Notes under the pieces: model-generated | Told to the model about the DNA's origin: nothing | Seen by the model: the letters and a program-made list of their open reading frames with translations, nothing else | Databases searched by the model: none | Program-made: the position numbers and the translations under genes | NCBI GenBank assembly: GCA_038087875.1 | Contig: CM075992.1 | Span: 1,800,001-1,864,000 of the forward strand | From: Malacoraja senta | Lineage: Eukaryota | Reading direction: 5' to 3' | DNA length: 64,000 nucleotides | Part shown: one piece after another, positions 37,401 to 47,596 of the stretch | Layout of the letters: the number at the start of each line of letters is the position of its first letter | Numbering within the stretch: position 1 is the stretch's first letter

Positions 37401-39563
37401 CATCACGATCTCAAGTTTCTAGCTTGAAATAAGAGACCACTCAGGAGTACAAAGGATGGGTAAGGTCTAAAGGTAATAAAGACATGGATGAAGGTTTCAG
37501 TAGGGGATAAGCTAAGACAGAGCAGAGTAGGGCAGTGTTATGTTTTATTCCTCTGAAATCTAAATTATTTAAGTGGCTCTCTTCCTACACTTTAGCGATT
37601 TCAAACACATGAAGCAACAAATAAAATGTCTGCAGAAAATATTGCACTGGATTTAAATATTAACTCCTTAAAAGCATTAAGACACTTTACAGACAGCATT
37701 CTAAACAAATGCGCTGACAGCTTCCAACACATCCTCAAGTTGAGCCATATCTTCAGCTGACTCACACAGAGTTAATATTTCAATTACATTTTTATCAATG
37801 GCTCCATATTTGAGTTCCCTCCCCATCCTTGTTTGCATTGTTTAATTGGTCATATCCAGAGCACTATAGCAATCAAAAACCTCTCAATTGTCCACATCTA
37901 ATAAAAGAGAAAATTAACCAAAGCATCAGCTCCTGGTTATTATCTGGTGACCAAATGAACAAGTTTAAAGGCAAGGGGGAACTGGACTGGGGCCATGCCT
38001 CATCCTTCCACGATAAACAGTGCTACTCCTTTTCACGCCTGAATCTACAAATGTAGCTCTGTCACCTATGTCTACATATTCTGCTGTGCTGCTGTAAATA
38101 AGAATTTCATTGTTCTATCTGGGACATATGGCAATAAAACACTCTTGACTCTTATATAAAGTGTGGAGAAGAGATTAGTCCCAGTAGAACAGCATACTAC
38201 AAGAAACTGTACCTTTAGGACAGGACAAAGATAACAGAAACAATTCCATTTAACACTTACAAGCAGACTTGTTAAATATATGATGCAACCAGGAAAATCC
38301 ATTCCTTATGATTACCAGGTATTCAAAAATATCTAAGAAAATGTGAAGGAACAAGATTGAGCAAGTGCAGACAAGCACTTTTGGAGGAACTTTTTCTTTG
38401 GATCTCAGGCTCCATTTCATGTTGGTGCAGTCACCTTGAATCAGGGAAGCAAGAAGCAAAAAAAACATCCATCCTAAATGAAAATGCTTCAATAAAGCAA
38501 ACCCATAGTCTGGGGCTCAGATAACAGATCCACGGATTCCAATATCTCTGTGCAACAAAAGGACAATCGCGTACTCTCAAGATACCAACCACATAGCCAC
38601 AAATAGATTTGAGCTCTCTGCTTATTTAATTTCTTTGCAATAAAACATTGCTTTATTTATGCATCAACATCAATCAGTGACCAACTTTATTGAATCTGTG
38701 ACAGCTGGTAGAACCTTAAGTGTTTAAAGGATACTGGTCAAGGTACTCATTGGTATGTTATTATGCAGTTTGTCACACAGAGCGTTTAAAGGGTTCACTG
38801 TCCACAAATGTATCTTTAAATTTCTCTCATATACAAGACATGTTTTCTTTAAAAATAGGTACAGAGTGAAAATAGATTAGCACTTTTAAGCTGGAAGAAG
38901 ATTCAGAAAGTAATACAATGACCATCTTTTCCGTTTCACTCTGCATCCTGTCCAAAACTAAACCCTGGGTGAAATCAATCTATTCGCTCGCCAACAAAAC
39001 TGGGCAATCATGCCTGGAAACTATTAAATACTAACACAGGAACAAGACGGAACTTCTTATGAAGTAAATACCAATACTGAAAGAAGAGCTTATCGACCAC
39101 CAGTTGATATCCTGATTAAATCCTCACTGGGATGCGCTGTGTGTCTATCATTATTTAGCAACATCACACACATGCTATTTGCAAATGAGGGAATGTTCCT
39201 GTCAATATTCTATTTTTGTAGCGTCCAAATAAGAATATGAAAACACACGTTTCCAACACGATTTTCTACGGTTGAATAAACAGCTTGCAAAAGTATTACA
39301 TCTCAACAAGTCCCTCGTCTTGAGTGAGTCTGTGAACTGGGATTCACTGTAAATATAAAGGTCCTTATTCACCCACTGAGCCACCGGGTGATGAATGTGT
39401 GACCCCCCACACCACACCACCACAACAGCCTGGGGATTGGTGGGCCCCACATCCTGGGGAAGGGCGGCAGCCGCCGACCCCCCCGCTGGACATTACCGCT
39501 TTAAGGGGCACGCCACCGGTTTTTCTCTCGCTCACCGAACTCGGGATGGTCTCCGGTGCCCAT
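1363..39563 (-). CDS. slc44a2: Choline transporter-like protein 2, spliced CDS exons 1-13 (3' part lies beyond the left edge)
   Basis: 13 exons with AG/GT boundaries and consistent phases translate to [34 protein letters not shown]...[23 protein letters not shown]...[19 protein letters not shown]...IAYWAITAV; the [19 protein letters not shown] motif matches SLC44A2 rather than A4/A5 as I recall them. Confidence 0.93.
2005..2640 (-). mobile_element. GC-rich SINE-like element with internal repeats and a Rex-type tail
   Basis: Shares gctccacgatgttaaa units and a hairpin core with copies at 8190-8693, 17070-17230, 29640-29817, 47245-49467, 56270-56450; repeat units only at 59425-59655. Confidence 0.75.
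3164..3263 (-). CDS. slc44a2: slc44a2 exon 12 ([33 protein letters not shown])
   Basis: 100 nt, CAG acceptor, GTAAGT donor. Confidence 0.96.
3943..5650 (+). mobile_element. Penelope-like element RT fragment, split by a DNA transposon
   Basis: LRYIDD RT motif and [18 protein letters not shown]; the reading resumes at 5311 (HICAQDEVF...HLQRDPTT). Confidence 0.9.
4270..5310. mobile_element. Non-autonomous DNA transposon with 16-bp TIRs and a 7-bp TSD
   Basis: TAGGTATGTTACAAAA ... TTTTGTAACATTGCTA (14/16 match); TSD CACATCT at 4263-4269 and 5311-5317. Confidence 0.85.
5891..6022 (-). CDS. slc44a2: slc44a2 exon 11 (GIYHCYMEY...[19 protein letters not shown])
   Basis: 132 nt, TAG acceptor, GTAAGT donor. 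Confidence 0.96.
6191..6331 (-). mobile_element. ~140-bp Ingi/Vingi-like non-autonomous retroelement
   Basis: 5' HDV-like fold, 3' end CCATACGC+(AAG)n; near-identical copy at 40381-40520. Confidence 0.7.
6278..6331 (-). ncRNA. Minimal HDV/CPEB3-like self-cleaving ribozyme motif, copy 1
   Basis: GGGGUGA GA GAUUGCA ACC UUCACGU GGU CCACCCU GU AUUGA CGAA UGCAAUC, reading as P1/J1-2/P2/P3/L3/P3'/P1'/J1-4/mini-P4/J4-2/P2'. Confidence 0.75.
7006..7118 (-). CDS. slc44a2: slc44a2 exon 10 ([37 protein letters not shown])
   Basis: 113 nt, TAG acceptor, GTACGT donor. Confidence 0.95.
7336..7419 (-). CDS. slc44a2: slc44a2 exon 9 ([27 protein letters not shown])
   Basis: 84 nt, AAG acceptor, GTAAGT donor. 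Confidence 0.93.
8190..8693 (+). mobile_element. GC-rich SINE-like element (same family as 2005-2640)
   Basis: Repeated ttaacatcgtggagc units, hairpin core, AATAAA tail. Confidence 0.75.
8960..9405 (+). mobile_element. Rex1/Babar-like LINE 3' end
   Basis: [12 protein letters not shown] remnant, stem-loop, AATAAA and (ctaaa)n tail. Confidence 0.7.
9645..11102 (+). mobile_element. Tc1-family (IR/DR type) transposon with a defective DD34E transposase
   Basis: TA TSDs, ~215-bp TIRs starting CAGTGGCTTGCAAAAG with inner direct repeats; [22 protein letters not shown] motifs; N-terminus deleted, frameshifts. Confidence 0.95.
11344..11464 (-). CDS. slc44a2: slc44a2 exon 8 ([14 protein letters not shown]...LLEGAK)
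   Basis: 121 nt, CAG acceptor, weaker GTTCGT donor supported by phase fit with exon 9. Confidence 0.9.
11662..11722 (-). CDS. slc44a2: slc44a2 exon 7 ([20 protein letters not shown])
   Basis: 61 nt, CAG acceptor, GTAAGT donor, phase 0 to 1. Confidence 0.93.
11809..12302 (+). mobile_element. tRNA-derived V-SINE (HE1-like) with a nested Penelope-derived repeat
   Basis: A/B-box head, V core (gtttgtacgttctccccgtg), CR1-type tail; insertion at 12023-12187. Confidence 0.88.
12586..12611. repeat. (GT)n microsatellite
   Basis: Visible directly. Confidence 0.9.
12909..13037 (-). CDS. slc44a2: slc44a2 exon 6 ([10 protein letters not shown]...[11 protein letters not shown])
   Basis: 129 nt, CAG acceptor, GTGAGT donor. 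Confidence 0.95.
13634..13718 (-). CDS. slc44a2: slc44a2 exon 5 ([28 protein letters not shown])
   Basis: 85 nt, CAG acceptor, GTAAGG donor. Confidence 0.95.
14209..14293 (-). CDS. slc44a2: slc44a2 exon 4 ([28 protein letters not shown])
   Basis: 85 nt, TAG acceptor, GTGAGT donor. Confidence 0.95.
14690..15380 (+). mobile_element. Decayed CR1 fragment
   Basis: GSVLG and KFADD remnants, CR1-type tail. Confidence 0.75.
15725..15798 (-). CDS. slc44a2: slc44a2 exon 3 ([24 protein letters not shown])
   Basis: 74 nt, CAG acceptor, GTAAGT donor, first TM segment. Confidence 0.95.
16088..16392 (+). mobile_element. V-SINE (HE1-like), full length
   Basis: Same consensus; other copies at about 13265-13517, 21327-21615, 32277-32390, 33413-33543, 42755-43070 (+) and 26595-27268, 31370-31698 (-). 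Confidence 0.9.
16933..16981 (-). CDS. slc44a2: slc44a2 exon 2 ([17 protein letters not shown])
   Basis: 49 nt, polypyrimidine+TAG acceptor, AG|GTAGGA donor. Confidence 0.93.
17233..17448. mobile_element. PIF/Harbinger-type MITE
   Basis: TIR AGGGCCTGTCCCACTTTCAC; TAA/TAG flanks; interrupts a SINE tail. Confidence 0.85.
18250..18960 (+). mobile_element. Decayed Rex1/Babar-like LINE RT fragment
   Basis: Remnants [22 protein letters not shown]; boundaries approximate. Confidence 0.7.
21743..22843 (-). mobile_element. CR1 LINE 3' fragment (RT C-terminus and tail)
   Basis: [28 protein letters not shown] motifs; (caataga)n-like tail. Confidence 0.95.
22950..24148. mobile_element. Tc2/pogo-like MITE with a long internal inverted repeat
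   Basis: TA TSDs; TIR CCGTATTTCCCGGCAATGAA; arms at about 23228-23570 and 23597-23915. Confidence 0.85.
24373..24442. repeat. 70-bp spacerless palindrome
   Basis: 35-bp arms with 2 mismatches, centre GATCGATC. Confidence 0.95.
25798..26024. repeat. Fold-back inverted duplication with ~80-bp arms
   Basis: 25798-25878 is the reverse complement of 25944-26024 apart from a few mismatches. Confidence 0.9.
26635..27087 (+). mobile_element. Penelope-like element 3' end (GIY-YIG endonuclease and terminal repeat) inserted in a V-SINE
   Basis: Translates [19 protein letters not shown]...PVAQHFNS...RKLEEQNLI. Confidence 0.9.
27357..28640 (+). mobile_element. Decayed CR1 LINE
   Basis: [25 protein letters not shown] motifs, CR1 3' tail. 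Confidence 0.9.
30028..30373. mobile_element. PIF/Harbinger-type MITE
   Basis: TIR GGGCCTGTCCCACTGTAC; TTA TSDs. Confidence 0.85.
32769..33099. mobile_element. PIF/Harbinger-type MITE
   Basis: TIR TAGCCCTGTCCCA.. of about 47 bp; TTA TSDs. Confidence 0.88.
34207..34503 (-). mobile_element. V-SINE (HE1-like)
   Basis: Reverse-complement match to the 16088-16392 copy. Confidence 0.9.
34912..35195. repeat. Inverted and tandem Penelope-derived terminal repeats
   Basis: gctggagtaactcagcgggacaggcagcatctctggaga followed by its reverse complement, then a third copy; similar inverted pair at 30380-30590. Confidence 0.85.
36687..36714 (+). ncRNA. Minimal hammerhead ribozyme core in a Penelope-derived repeat
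   Basis: CUGAAGA-A-GGGUC UC GACCC-GAAAC-GUC; helix I is only about 2 bp. Confidence 0.6.
39536..39563 (-). CDS. slc44a2: slc44a2 exon 1 coding part (MGTGDHPEF+G)
   Basis: Kozak GCCGCCATGG in a CpG island; donor G|GTGAGC; phase 1 joins exon 2. Confidence 0.85.
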
Positions 39564-39571
39564 GGCGGCTC

Positions 39572-39644
39572 CTGCTGCTGCTGCTGCTGCTGCTGCTTCT
39601 CCTTCTCCTTCTCCTTCTCCCTCCTCAGCCGCCGCCGCCGCCGC
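39572..39644. repeat. Compound microsatellite in the 5' UTR: (CTG)8, (TTCTCC)n, (GCC)5
   Basis: Directly visible just upstream of the ATG. Confidence 0.9.
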
Positions 39645-39861
39645 TCGCTTTCTCCTCAGAGGCGCGCCGCACGCCCCATCACCCCCGCCCGTCCCGCCTC
39701 CGGTTGCCACAGCAACCGCGCACAGGCCCGCCCTGCCCCCCCACCGCGGCCAATCACAGGGCGAACCTCCAGCGATTGACACACGCCGGAAGCAATCGCC
39801 GCGCGGAGGGGGCGGGACAAAGCGGGAGATGCCCCGTCCCGTTATGTGACTGGAATGTCCA

Positions 39862-40256
39862 GAGTCAGAGAGTGATACAGCGTGGAAACAGGCCCTTCAG
39901 CCCAACTTGCCCACACCGGCCAACATGTCCCAGCTACACTCGTCCCACCTGCCCACGTTTAGCCCATATTCCTTCAAACCTGTCCTATACATGGTCTTAA
40001 ACGTTGGGATAGTCCCAGCCTCAACTACCTCCTCTGGCAGCTTGTTCCATACACCCACCACCCTTTGTGCAGAGTAGACAATAGGTGCAGGAGTAGGCCA
40101 TTCGGCCCCTCGAGCCAGCACCGCCATTCAATGTGATCATCCACAATGTTACCACTCGGATTCCTATTAAATCGTGTCCCCTTCACCTTAAACCTATGCC
40201 CTCTGGTCCTCGATTCACCTACTCTGTGCATCTACCCGATCTATTCCTCTCATGAA
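39862..40256 (-). mobile_element. Nested CR1 3' fragments
   Basis: [13 protein letters not shown]..., VVGVWNKLPEEVVEA. Confidence 0.8.
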
Positions 40257-40380
40257 TGTGTCGATGCTATTCAGAAGAATGCAAGCTCTGATAAGACTTA
40301 TGCGCCTTTTTGAGGGGGTTCTGCCTGCACAACTGAGTGACATTGTAGGCTCCACATTTCCTTGATCATCCTTGCTGGCT

Positions 40381-40520
40381 TTCTTCTTCTTGCGTATGGT
40401 GTACACAGCCTAAAGTTGTAGGACAACTTGTTCTATTTGATCTTATTTGATTATGCACGGCAGGTTGATTGCATTTGTCGAAACAAGGCGGACCACGTGT
40501 AGGTTGCAATCTCCCACCAC
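40381..40520 (-). mobile_element. ~140-bp Ingi/Vingi-like non-autonomous retroelement
   Basis: Same family; TSD cttgctggct (40371-40380) / cttgctagct (40521-40530). Confidence 0.75.
40467..40520 (-). ncRNA. Minimal HDV/CPEB3-like ribozyme motif, copy 2 (more decayed)
   Basis: GUGGUGG GA GAUUGCA ACC UACACGU GGU CCGCCUU GU UUCGA CAAA UGCAAUC. Confidence 0.65.
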
Positions 40521-43500
40521 CTTGCTAGCTTTGATTTTTTCTTTTGCATACCTTTGTTCTTTGTACGTCTTCATACCTCCAGCTTCCCTCCCCTGACTGT
40601 CTGAAAGGTCTCAACCCGAAATGTCACCTATTATTTTTCTCCAAAGATGCTGCCTGACCTGCTGAGTTACTCCAGCATTTTGTGTCTACCTTGAGTGACA
40701 TAACCTTTTGAGTTGGATGTCCAACTCGGAGAGATAATGCTACCAATACTGCTGGGAGACAATTGGCTGGGTGAAAGACCCACTGGTGTGCTGGATATTT
40801 GCTGGTCTTCGGGGCAAGGAGCTGTTCACAATCAGGCTTAAGCGCAGAGGAATACGCTGATAGTTTTGTGGTATTGTCACAAAATATGTATGGGGAAAAA
40901 GTCCACAGATTAAGGCCTTATGGCCACTGCAGACAAAGGAGTTTGTATTTAAACCACATCCTCTCCTGGATTGGAAAGAGAGTATATACAAGGAAAATTA
41001 ATGTCCTGCTGACTTAATGTACTGCGATGTACATTAAGACACCAGGACATCATTTTTCCTTATATACTTAATGTAATGTAATGCAAATTTTACACGCAAA
41101 TACTATTTTGTAAATAGTACAAATATTTACAATGAATTAAGATTGTGCAGAGAATTATACAGACTCTACATTACAATTGGTGGTCATCAAGCTGTGTTTC
41201 ATTTTCAAGTTTTTGTTGCATCTCTGGCAGTGATTTGTGGACTACAATTTAGCTAAGAATTTAAAAAAAACTCGTAAACCTTTTGGTATTGTCTTTACTC
41301 TGTGTTTAATAATTATTTTACTAACAGAAATGATGTCTCCCTACTTCTATCAAAATTGTATTTGCTTTAACTCTCCCAGCTCTACTTATCTATATCCCAC
41401 ATCAGGAACACAGCTTAGCATGTGATCACATTGCTATTTGTGAGAACGTCCTGTGCATAAGTCAGCAGACTTGCTCCTCTAGTATCTTTGCTTTCTATCT
41501 TCCATCCACAATGAATGATGATCATTATTCATAAGCACATTATTATCTTTAACTGATTTGGGCTGTCGTTAGAGAAAGGCATGCGTGCATAGCTAAGACA
41601 TCTTTCCAGTCTATGGTGCTTTACAAGAAATGAAATCTTTCTTCGGTATTCTGTGCTAACGTTAACAACTTGTGTGCAACAAGCTTCCATACAAACAATA
41701 TTGCGGAATAAATGTAGGCCAGAACCGAGTTGAACTTTGCTGCTCTACTTAAAAATAATGCATTTCATGCATAACATTCTTTATGACCTCCTCCTAGTAG
41801 AGCAGAGCCTTGACATCATCGAGAATATAGCGTAGCAGCTCCTCCACATTATTGGCCTACATTCTAGTGCTTCATTATCTGGACTGGTATTTGATCAAAC
41901 AACTTTCATACAAAGTGATGAAAGCTAAGCTACAGTATATACAAAATACCGATCCACAAATAGTTCCCAAAGATGATCAATTTGAGTTAAGTATAGAGAT
42001 GTAAGATTGGGGTTAACCCAAAATAAAAATAAACAATTATGTAGAATTAGGTTACTTCAACATTTTTTACGATTTCAATATTATCCGTTACTTCACAAGA
42101 TCTGGTGATAACATAACATAAAACCTCTTGGGTTAAACAGTATTACAAACCTCATATTCTATCTTTTCTATTGTTAAAGCACCACAAGTTAAAAATAGTG
42201 ACACTTGCAGCATACTAAAGAATAATAAGGGTCAAAAGAGCACACGGAACAACAACCGGCTCCTCTCCCTGCGCTGTAGAACGGAGCGGTTCAGGAGATC
42301 CTTCACCCCTGCAGCCATTAGATTTTATAATACTGACCGCTAGGCTGTATGGGGATGCTTTGCATTTTTAATAGTTAATTATTGGGTCTTTTTAAGTATT
42401 TATTGTTTTCATGTATTGTCCATATTGTATATTATGTATTTTTTGTCTGCTTTCGTTCTGAATGTGTGGGTTTGTTGGCTTCTGGACATCTGAATTTCCC
42501 TGAGGGGATCAATAAAGTATTTATTATTATTAAAGCTTTATTTTGTTGATACTTGTGCAACTGTTGGCTGAAAACATATCAATAAATTTGGAAACAATAA
42601 ATGAGGCAACTGTCAACCCTTAATATGCACTTAGTTTTGTTTTTATAGCCCTAACACACTTCATAAGAATTCCTTTGTCCACCACTATTGATATTTTATT
42701 TTAAATCTACCTGCAATAGTAATGCAGCATTGGGCCTGCCAGTAAAATTAAAGGACAGCTCAGTGGCACAGCTAGTAGATCTGCTGCCTCATAACTCCAA
42801 CCATTTGGTTCAACCCGAACCTCCATTGTTGTGTGTGTGGAGCAATGTATGTTCTCCATGTTACCACATGAGTTTCTTCCAGTTTCCTCCCACATTCCAA
42901 AAAGTGCAGGGTGGTAATTGAATTGACCATTAAAAATTGCAGGATCAGGTGAGTGGCAGAACCTGGTAAAGAACTGATAGAAATGTGGGGGAAATGGATT
43001 TGTATAGATGTATATTTGATGGTAACCATGGATTTAGTGGGCAGAACAGGCTGTTTCAGTGCTGTATGGCACTTTAATTTAAAAAAGACAAAATTCTAGA
43101 AATAGTTATTCAGCACCCGCAGACTGAGTTTATTTTTGTTTAGAGATATAACGAAGAAACACGCCCTTTGTCCCTCTGATGGCCACTAGGGATGGACAAT
43201 ATATACTAGTTTGTCAGAGTTATCTACACGCCATAACCAAATAAAGAAAATGTGTAGCGCCTATGTGTGTTACAAAAGGCCTCATTATTTGGACCCTTAT
43301 GTTGATCAGTGCTAGCTCTGCTGCAAACAATGATGTATGGAAAAGTAAATGGGGTCATATATTTCAAAATTTCAGTGTAGCAGAACTCTCCTGAAATTGA
43401 GCCAAATTTCCAGGTAGTTACTCAGTACCACAGTGAGGGGCTGGTCCCCACCTGATCTCTGATCCTGCACACATTCCACATACAGTGCTGTTTCAGGCTT

Positions 43501-44644
43501 TGCTGGATCTGCTTAGTTTGTTAACAGTTTGTGAAGGCGCTGTCTCTCCACGATACTGCCTTCTCAAATAATTGAGTGATTTCAATCATACTTTAGTTCT
43601 CAGATTTCTACATTTTGTCCAAAAATGAGTGAATACAAAGCAATCAGTATGAAGAACTTCCTGTTTATAGCTACACACCAACAAAATATACTTTACAAGT
43701 GGTTAGTTTCCATGTTGTCTGTCCTTGCTGGATGGTTTCTTTCCATCCTGACAAGGTCCAAATTCCTGAAAATTAAGTGAAAAAAAGTGAAATAGTTCAT
43801 CGTTTAGGCCAATTCTTACCCTTTCCCCACTGAGACTGTGTAAAGGCTTTTTGCAATTTTTGTTTTGTATATTTTTTATTCAGAATAAAATGTTTTTGAA
43901 ACGATTTTTACCCCTTTTCTTTCCTATCAAAGGTCTGGTTTAATGAGGATATGGCACCATTTTAGTGACCACTCATGATACAAAATTGGACAATCGGTGC
44001 TCCAGACCATTACAAGGTGAGATACATGACAACAATATCCATCTTTTTCTCATCAAACTTCCCAGATACACAGTTTTCTGCAGAGTTCACAGTAATTATC
44101 AATAGAGGGGCCATGGCCAAGTTCCTCTCTTCCTAACTGAGGGTCAACACTAGCAATCTATTTTTCCCCCAATGTGTTCAACTAACAATGCAGATATCAG
44201 GGATGGGACATCTGAGGAGATATGATGCTTCCCTGTTAAAAGGAAATGGCAATGAATCGTGCTTCTTTACATCCCAAAGAGCCCAAAGGTACTTTAAACT
44301 TAGCATTTAAGACGACAAAGGAGATCAAGGGAAGGGGAGATGGCAGGGCGGAAGCGGAATTGGAAACCTCAGTTGATGCTGTTTTTGAGAAGGCTTTCGA
44401 GGATGTAATGGGGAGAAACAAGAAGGGGTGCAGTAATGGTTGCAAAGTGCAGCAAAGATAGTTGAGTGCTCTGTTGCAGATGACAACACAGATTTCCAAC
44501 ATTTGCCAGAGTTTCAAGGATTGGAAAAATAATGTGCAGAATTTCAGGATGTGAATCATCCGTCAGAGAGGGTTTAAGACAGAATCCCCCTGAACAGTGT
44601 TAAATGTAAAAATAATTTGGTACATCTATAGATTGATCAACTAT

Positions 44645-45251
44645 GAGGATTTGAGTATAAGAGCAGGGAAGTTCTACTGCAGTTGTACAGGGTCTTGGTG
44701 AGGCCACACCTGGAGTATTGCGTACAGTTTTGGTCATCAAATCTGAGGAAAGACATTCTTGCCATAGAGGGCGTACAGAGAAGGTTCACAAGACTGATTC
44801 CTGGGATGGCAGGACTTTCATATGAAGAAAGACTGGATAGACTCGGCTTGTACTCACTAGAATTTAGAAGATTGAGGGGGGATCTTATAGAAACTTACAA
44901 GATTCTTAAGGGGTTGGACAGGCTAGATGCAGGAAGATTATTCCCGATGTTGGGGAAGTCCAGAACAAGGGGTCACAGTTTAAGGATAAGGGGGAAATAT
45001 TTTAGGACCGAGATGAGAAAAACATTTTTCACACAGAGTGGTGAATCTGTGGAATTCTCTGCCACAGAAGGTAGTTGAGGAGGCCAGTTCATTGGCTATA
45101 TTTAAGAGGGAGTTAGATGTGGCCCTTGTGGCTAAAGGGATCAGGGGGTATGGAGAGAAGGCAGGGACAGGATACTGAGTTGGATGATCAGCCATGATCA
45201 TATTGAATGGCCGAATGGCCTACTCCTGCACCTATTTTCTATGTTTCTATG
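44645..45251 (+). mobile_element. CR1 LINE 3' fragment
   Basis: [13 protein letters not shown]...RGDLIETYKI; tail ctatgtttctat. Confidence 0.93.
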
Positions 45252-47596
45252 AGAAACCAGACAGCAAAGAGGCAGTAATGGTACTGAAATGGAAGCCGAG
45301 TAGAACTGACCATTGTAATACCAATCTTGACATAAAAAATATCTTGAGCAACAGAGAAATGGGAATTAGGATGAAGCAGTGTCACTTTTCCAAATATCTC
45401 TGCAATGTAGATAACTCACCTCACTTTACAATATCACTTTCGGGTTCGTCTAAAATAGAACGTAAATATGAATTAGAGTTAATGGGAATTAGCATCGAAA
45501 AACATTACAAACAAATAACATTTCATTCCTGGTTTAAAGGTCGTCGATACTAAATAAACAAGGTTTTTGAAAATAACAGACACAACGTACTTTTTCAACC
45601 AATTAATAATTTTCATTGAAAGTTAATGCCATTGCTGTCCAAAGTAGCAGAAGTTATGAGTTTTCCTTGTAGACAAATTTGAGTGCTAAATGTGGCAGCA
45701 ATAAATTCAATTACTTCTCTCTGTTGCTGGAAAGATAAATTCTGTCTCTGAGCTGAACAGACCAGGAATGGCCTAAGTTTGAACCTAAACACATTGAGTG
45801 AACAGTTTTTCATCACAGCAGGATCACGCTATTACTATAGTTTCACCTGTGCACACGATTAAGGACAATGAAACAAGAGTTTAGCTTGTAATCTATTTCA
45901 TAGTTCAAAAGACATGCACTAATATAACGCCCCCTTTAATAGCATCAGAATCAACTTGATATGTGGTAGCAATAAGTCCTGTCCAAACATGTAGTGGATA
46001 TACCTGGTATTTGAAACAAATCCTTTCACCTCATTTGCAACAGTTTCTCTTTCCATTGTGAAGGAAATGTCCTGCAGGCTAAATGTAGAAATGTCAATTA
46101 GGAATCTTCAATTAGGTCTTGTTCAAGATGTTGCAGGCTATCCACATGACTGCCACTGATATATTTAGGGCCAACAGCTGTATCTATGCATGTTTATAAA
46201 AAGGTTTGTAGGATTTCAGCCAATTTTGGAACTGCAGATTTGATGTTGTGATGTGTTCGTAATTTCAAAGAGCCAGGACCTTTCAGCACTTAACCCCTCA
46301 TTGTATGTTTAATGGTGTGAAGCTAGAAAATACTTGTAACTATTGAGGTCATAACTTTGTGGATTTAAATGTACAGCTTTTTATTCCAAACAAAGCATTA
46401 CTTTGCATGGGGATGAGTTTTGTTCCTGAAATGTTACACTTGACTGGTGTTTTATGTTTCATTGTTGGGACTAGTACAACATATGGAGATATCAAACTTT
46501 GTTTTTCCAAGTTACCTCTGCTAGCTTCTGTATGTTCAGTGAGAATTTTATGTTCTTCAGGGTATTGGAGACAAAGTTACTCCTTGGTATTCTGATTTGA
46601 TATTCAAGTAAGAGATAAATATCACATTACTTTGGAATGTGGAAGGATTTCATGAAACAGAATTCCAAAAAAACAAAAATCTATTTTGAGTGCCAGATTT
46701 ATAATCTCAAGGGAGGATATTTGTGATACAAGTGCTATGTTATCTCTAAAGATGAGTTTTGTGATCTTGCAGTGCAGCAATATGACAAGAGTAAAAATTA
46801 AAAGGATTGTTCTTCAAATGGCCTATGGCAGGGCTATTATTTTCCTTCCATGAGTGATTGATGGATGTAGAGTTTTCAGAGAATTCAGCATGTTGGTCAA
46901 TAGATTAAAGGAAGCTTAACAGGCAAATGACTTGGTTAATAAAGGTAAGGAGTCCATGGTTATAGGTGGGGGAGGGGGGGGGGAGACAGGCTAATGACTA
47001 CAATCTGTCAACATTATTTCTCAGTTTCCATTATGTGCATGGAATAACTTCTGGAAAGGATTAAGCTGAGACATGACCACCTGGTACCAAAGATCCACTG
47101 TTGCTTATAAATAATCATGGCTGCTAAGGGGTAAGATAAGGTGCAACATCAAGGCAAGATTTCTACTTTGTGATCAATGGCTTGATTTCAATATTGCAAT
47201 GGCCTTAAGAGGTCTGACATTTCTCAGAAGATAGGCCGCGGGCCCGGTGGACGACATCGTCGGGAGCTTGCAGGTCACAGGTGGGTGACCTGTTTTTCTG
47301 GAGCTCCCGCAACTACAGCTGCGTCCGCTGGACTGGAGGGCGGCAGCTTCGGCAGCTTCGGCCACCCCGGGCCGCGGAGTTTGAACCGGCCCGTCGCGGA
47401 GCACGGATTCTGCCGCGGGATTGACTTACCAACACCCGGCGGGGTCACAACATCAGAAGCCTGGATCGCCTCAGCGCAGAGGGAGAACAAAGTGGGAAGA
47501 GACAGCGACTTTAAGACTTTTGCCTCCATCACAGTGAGGAGGTGCCTGGTGAACTCACTGTGGTGGATGTTCATTTGTGTTTATTGTGTGTGTTTT

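Larger units (their letters stand above)
39460..39845 (-). promoter_or_regulatory. CpG-island promoter and 5' UTR of slc44a2
   Basis: Very GC/CpG-rich; GC boxes (GGGCGG/CCGCCC), CCAAT 39750-39754, ETS-like CCGGAAG 39786-39792, RFX X-box-like GTTGCCACAGCAAC 39703-39716. Confidence 0.85.

Noticed and set aside
39395..40000. 201-aa plus-strand ORF with poly-Leu
   Set aside because: Antisense reading of the CpG island and microsatellite, running into a CR1 tail.
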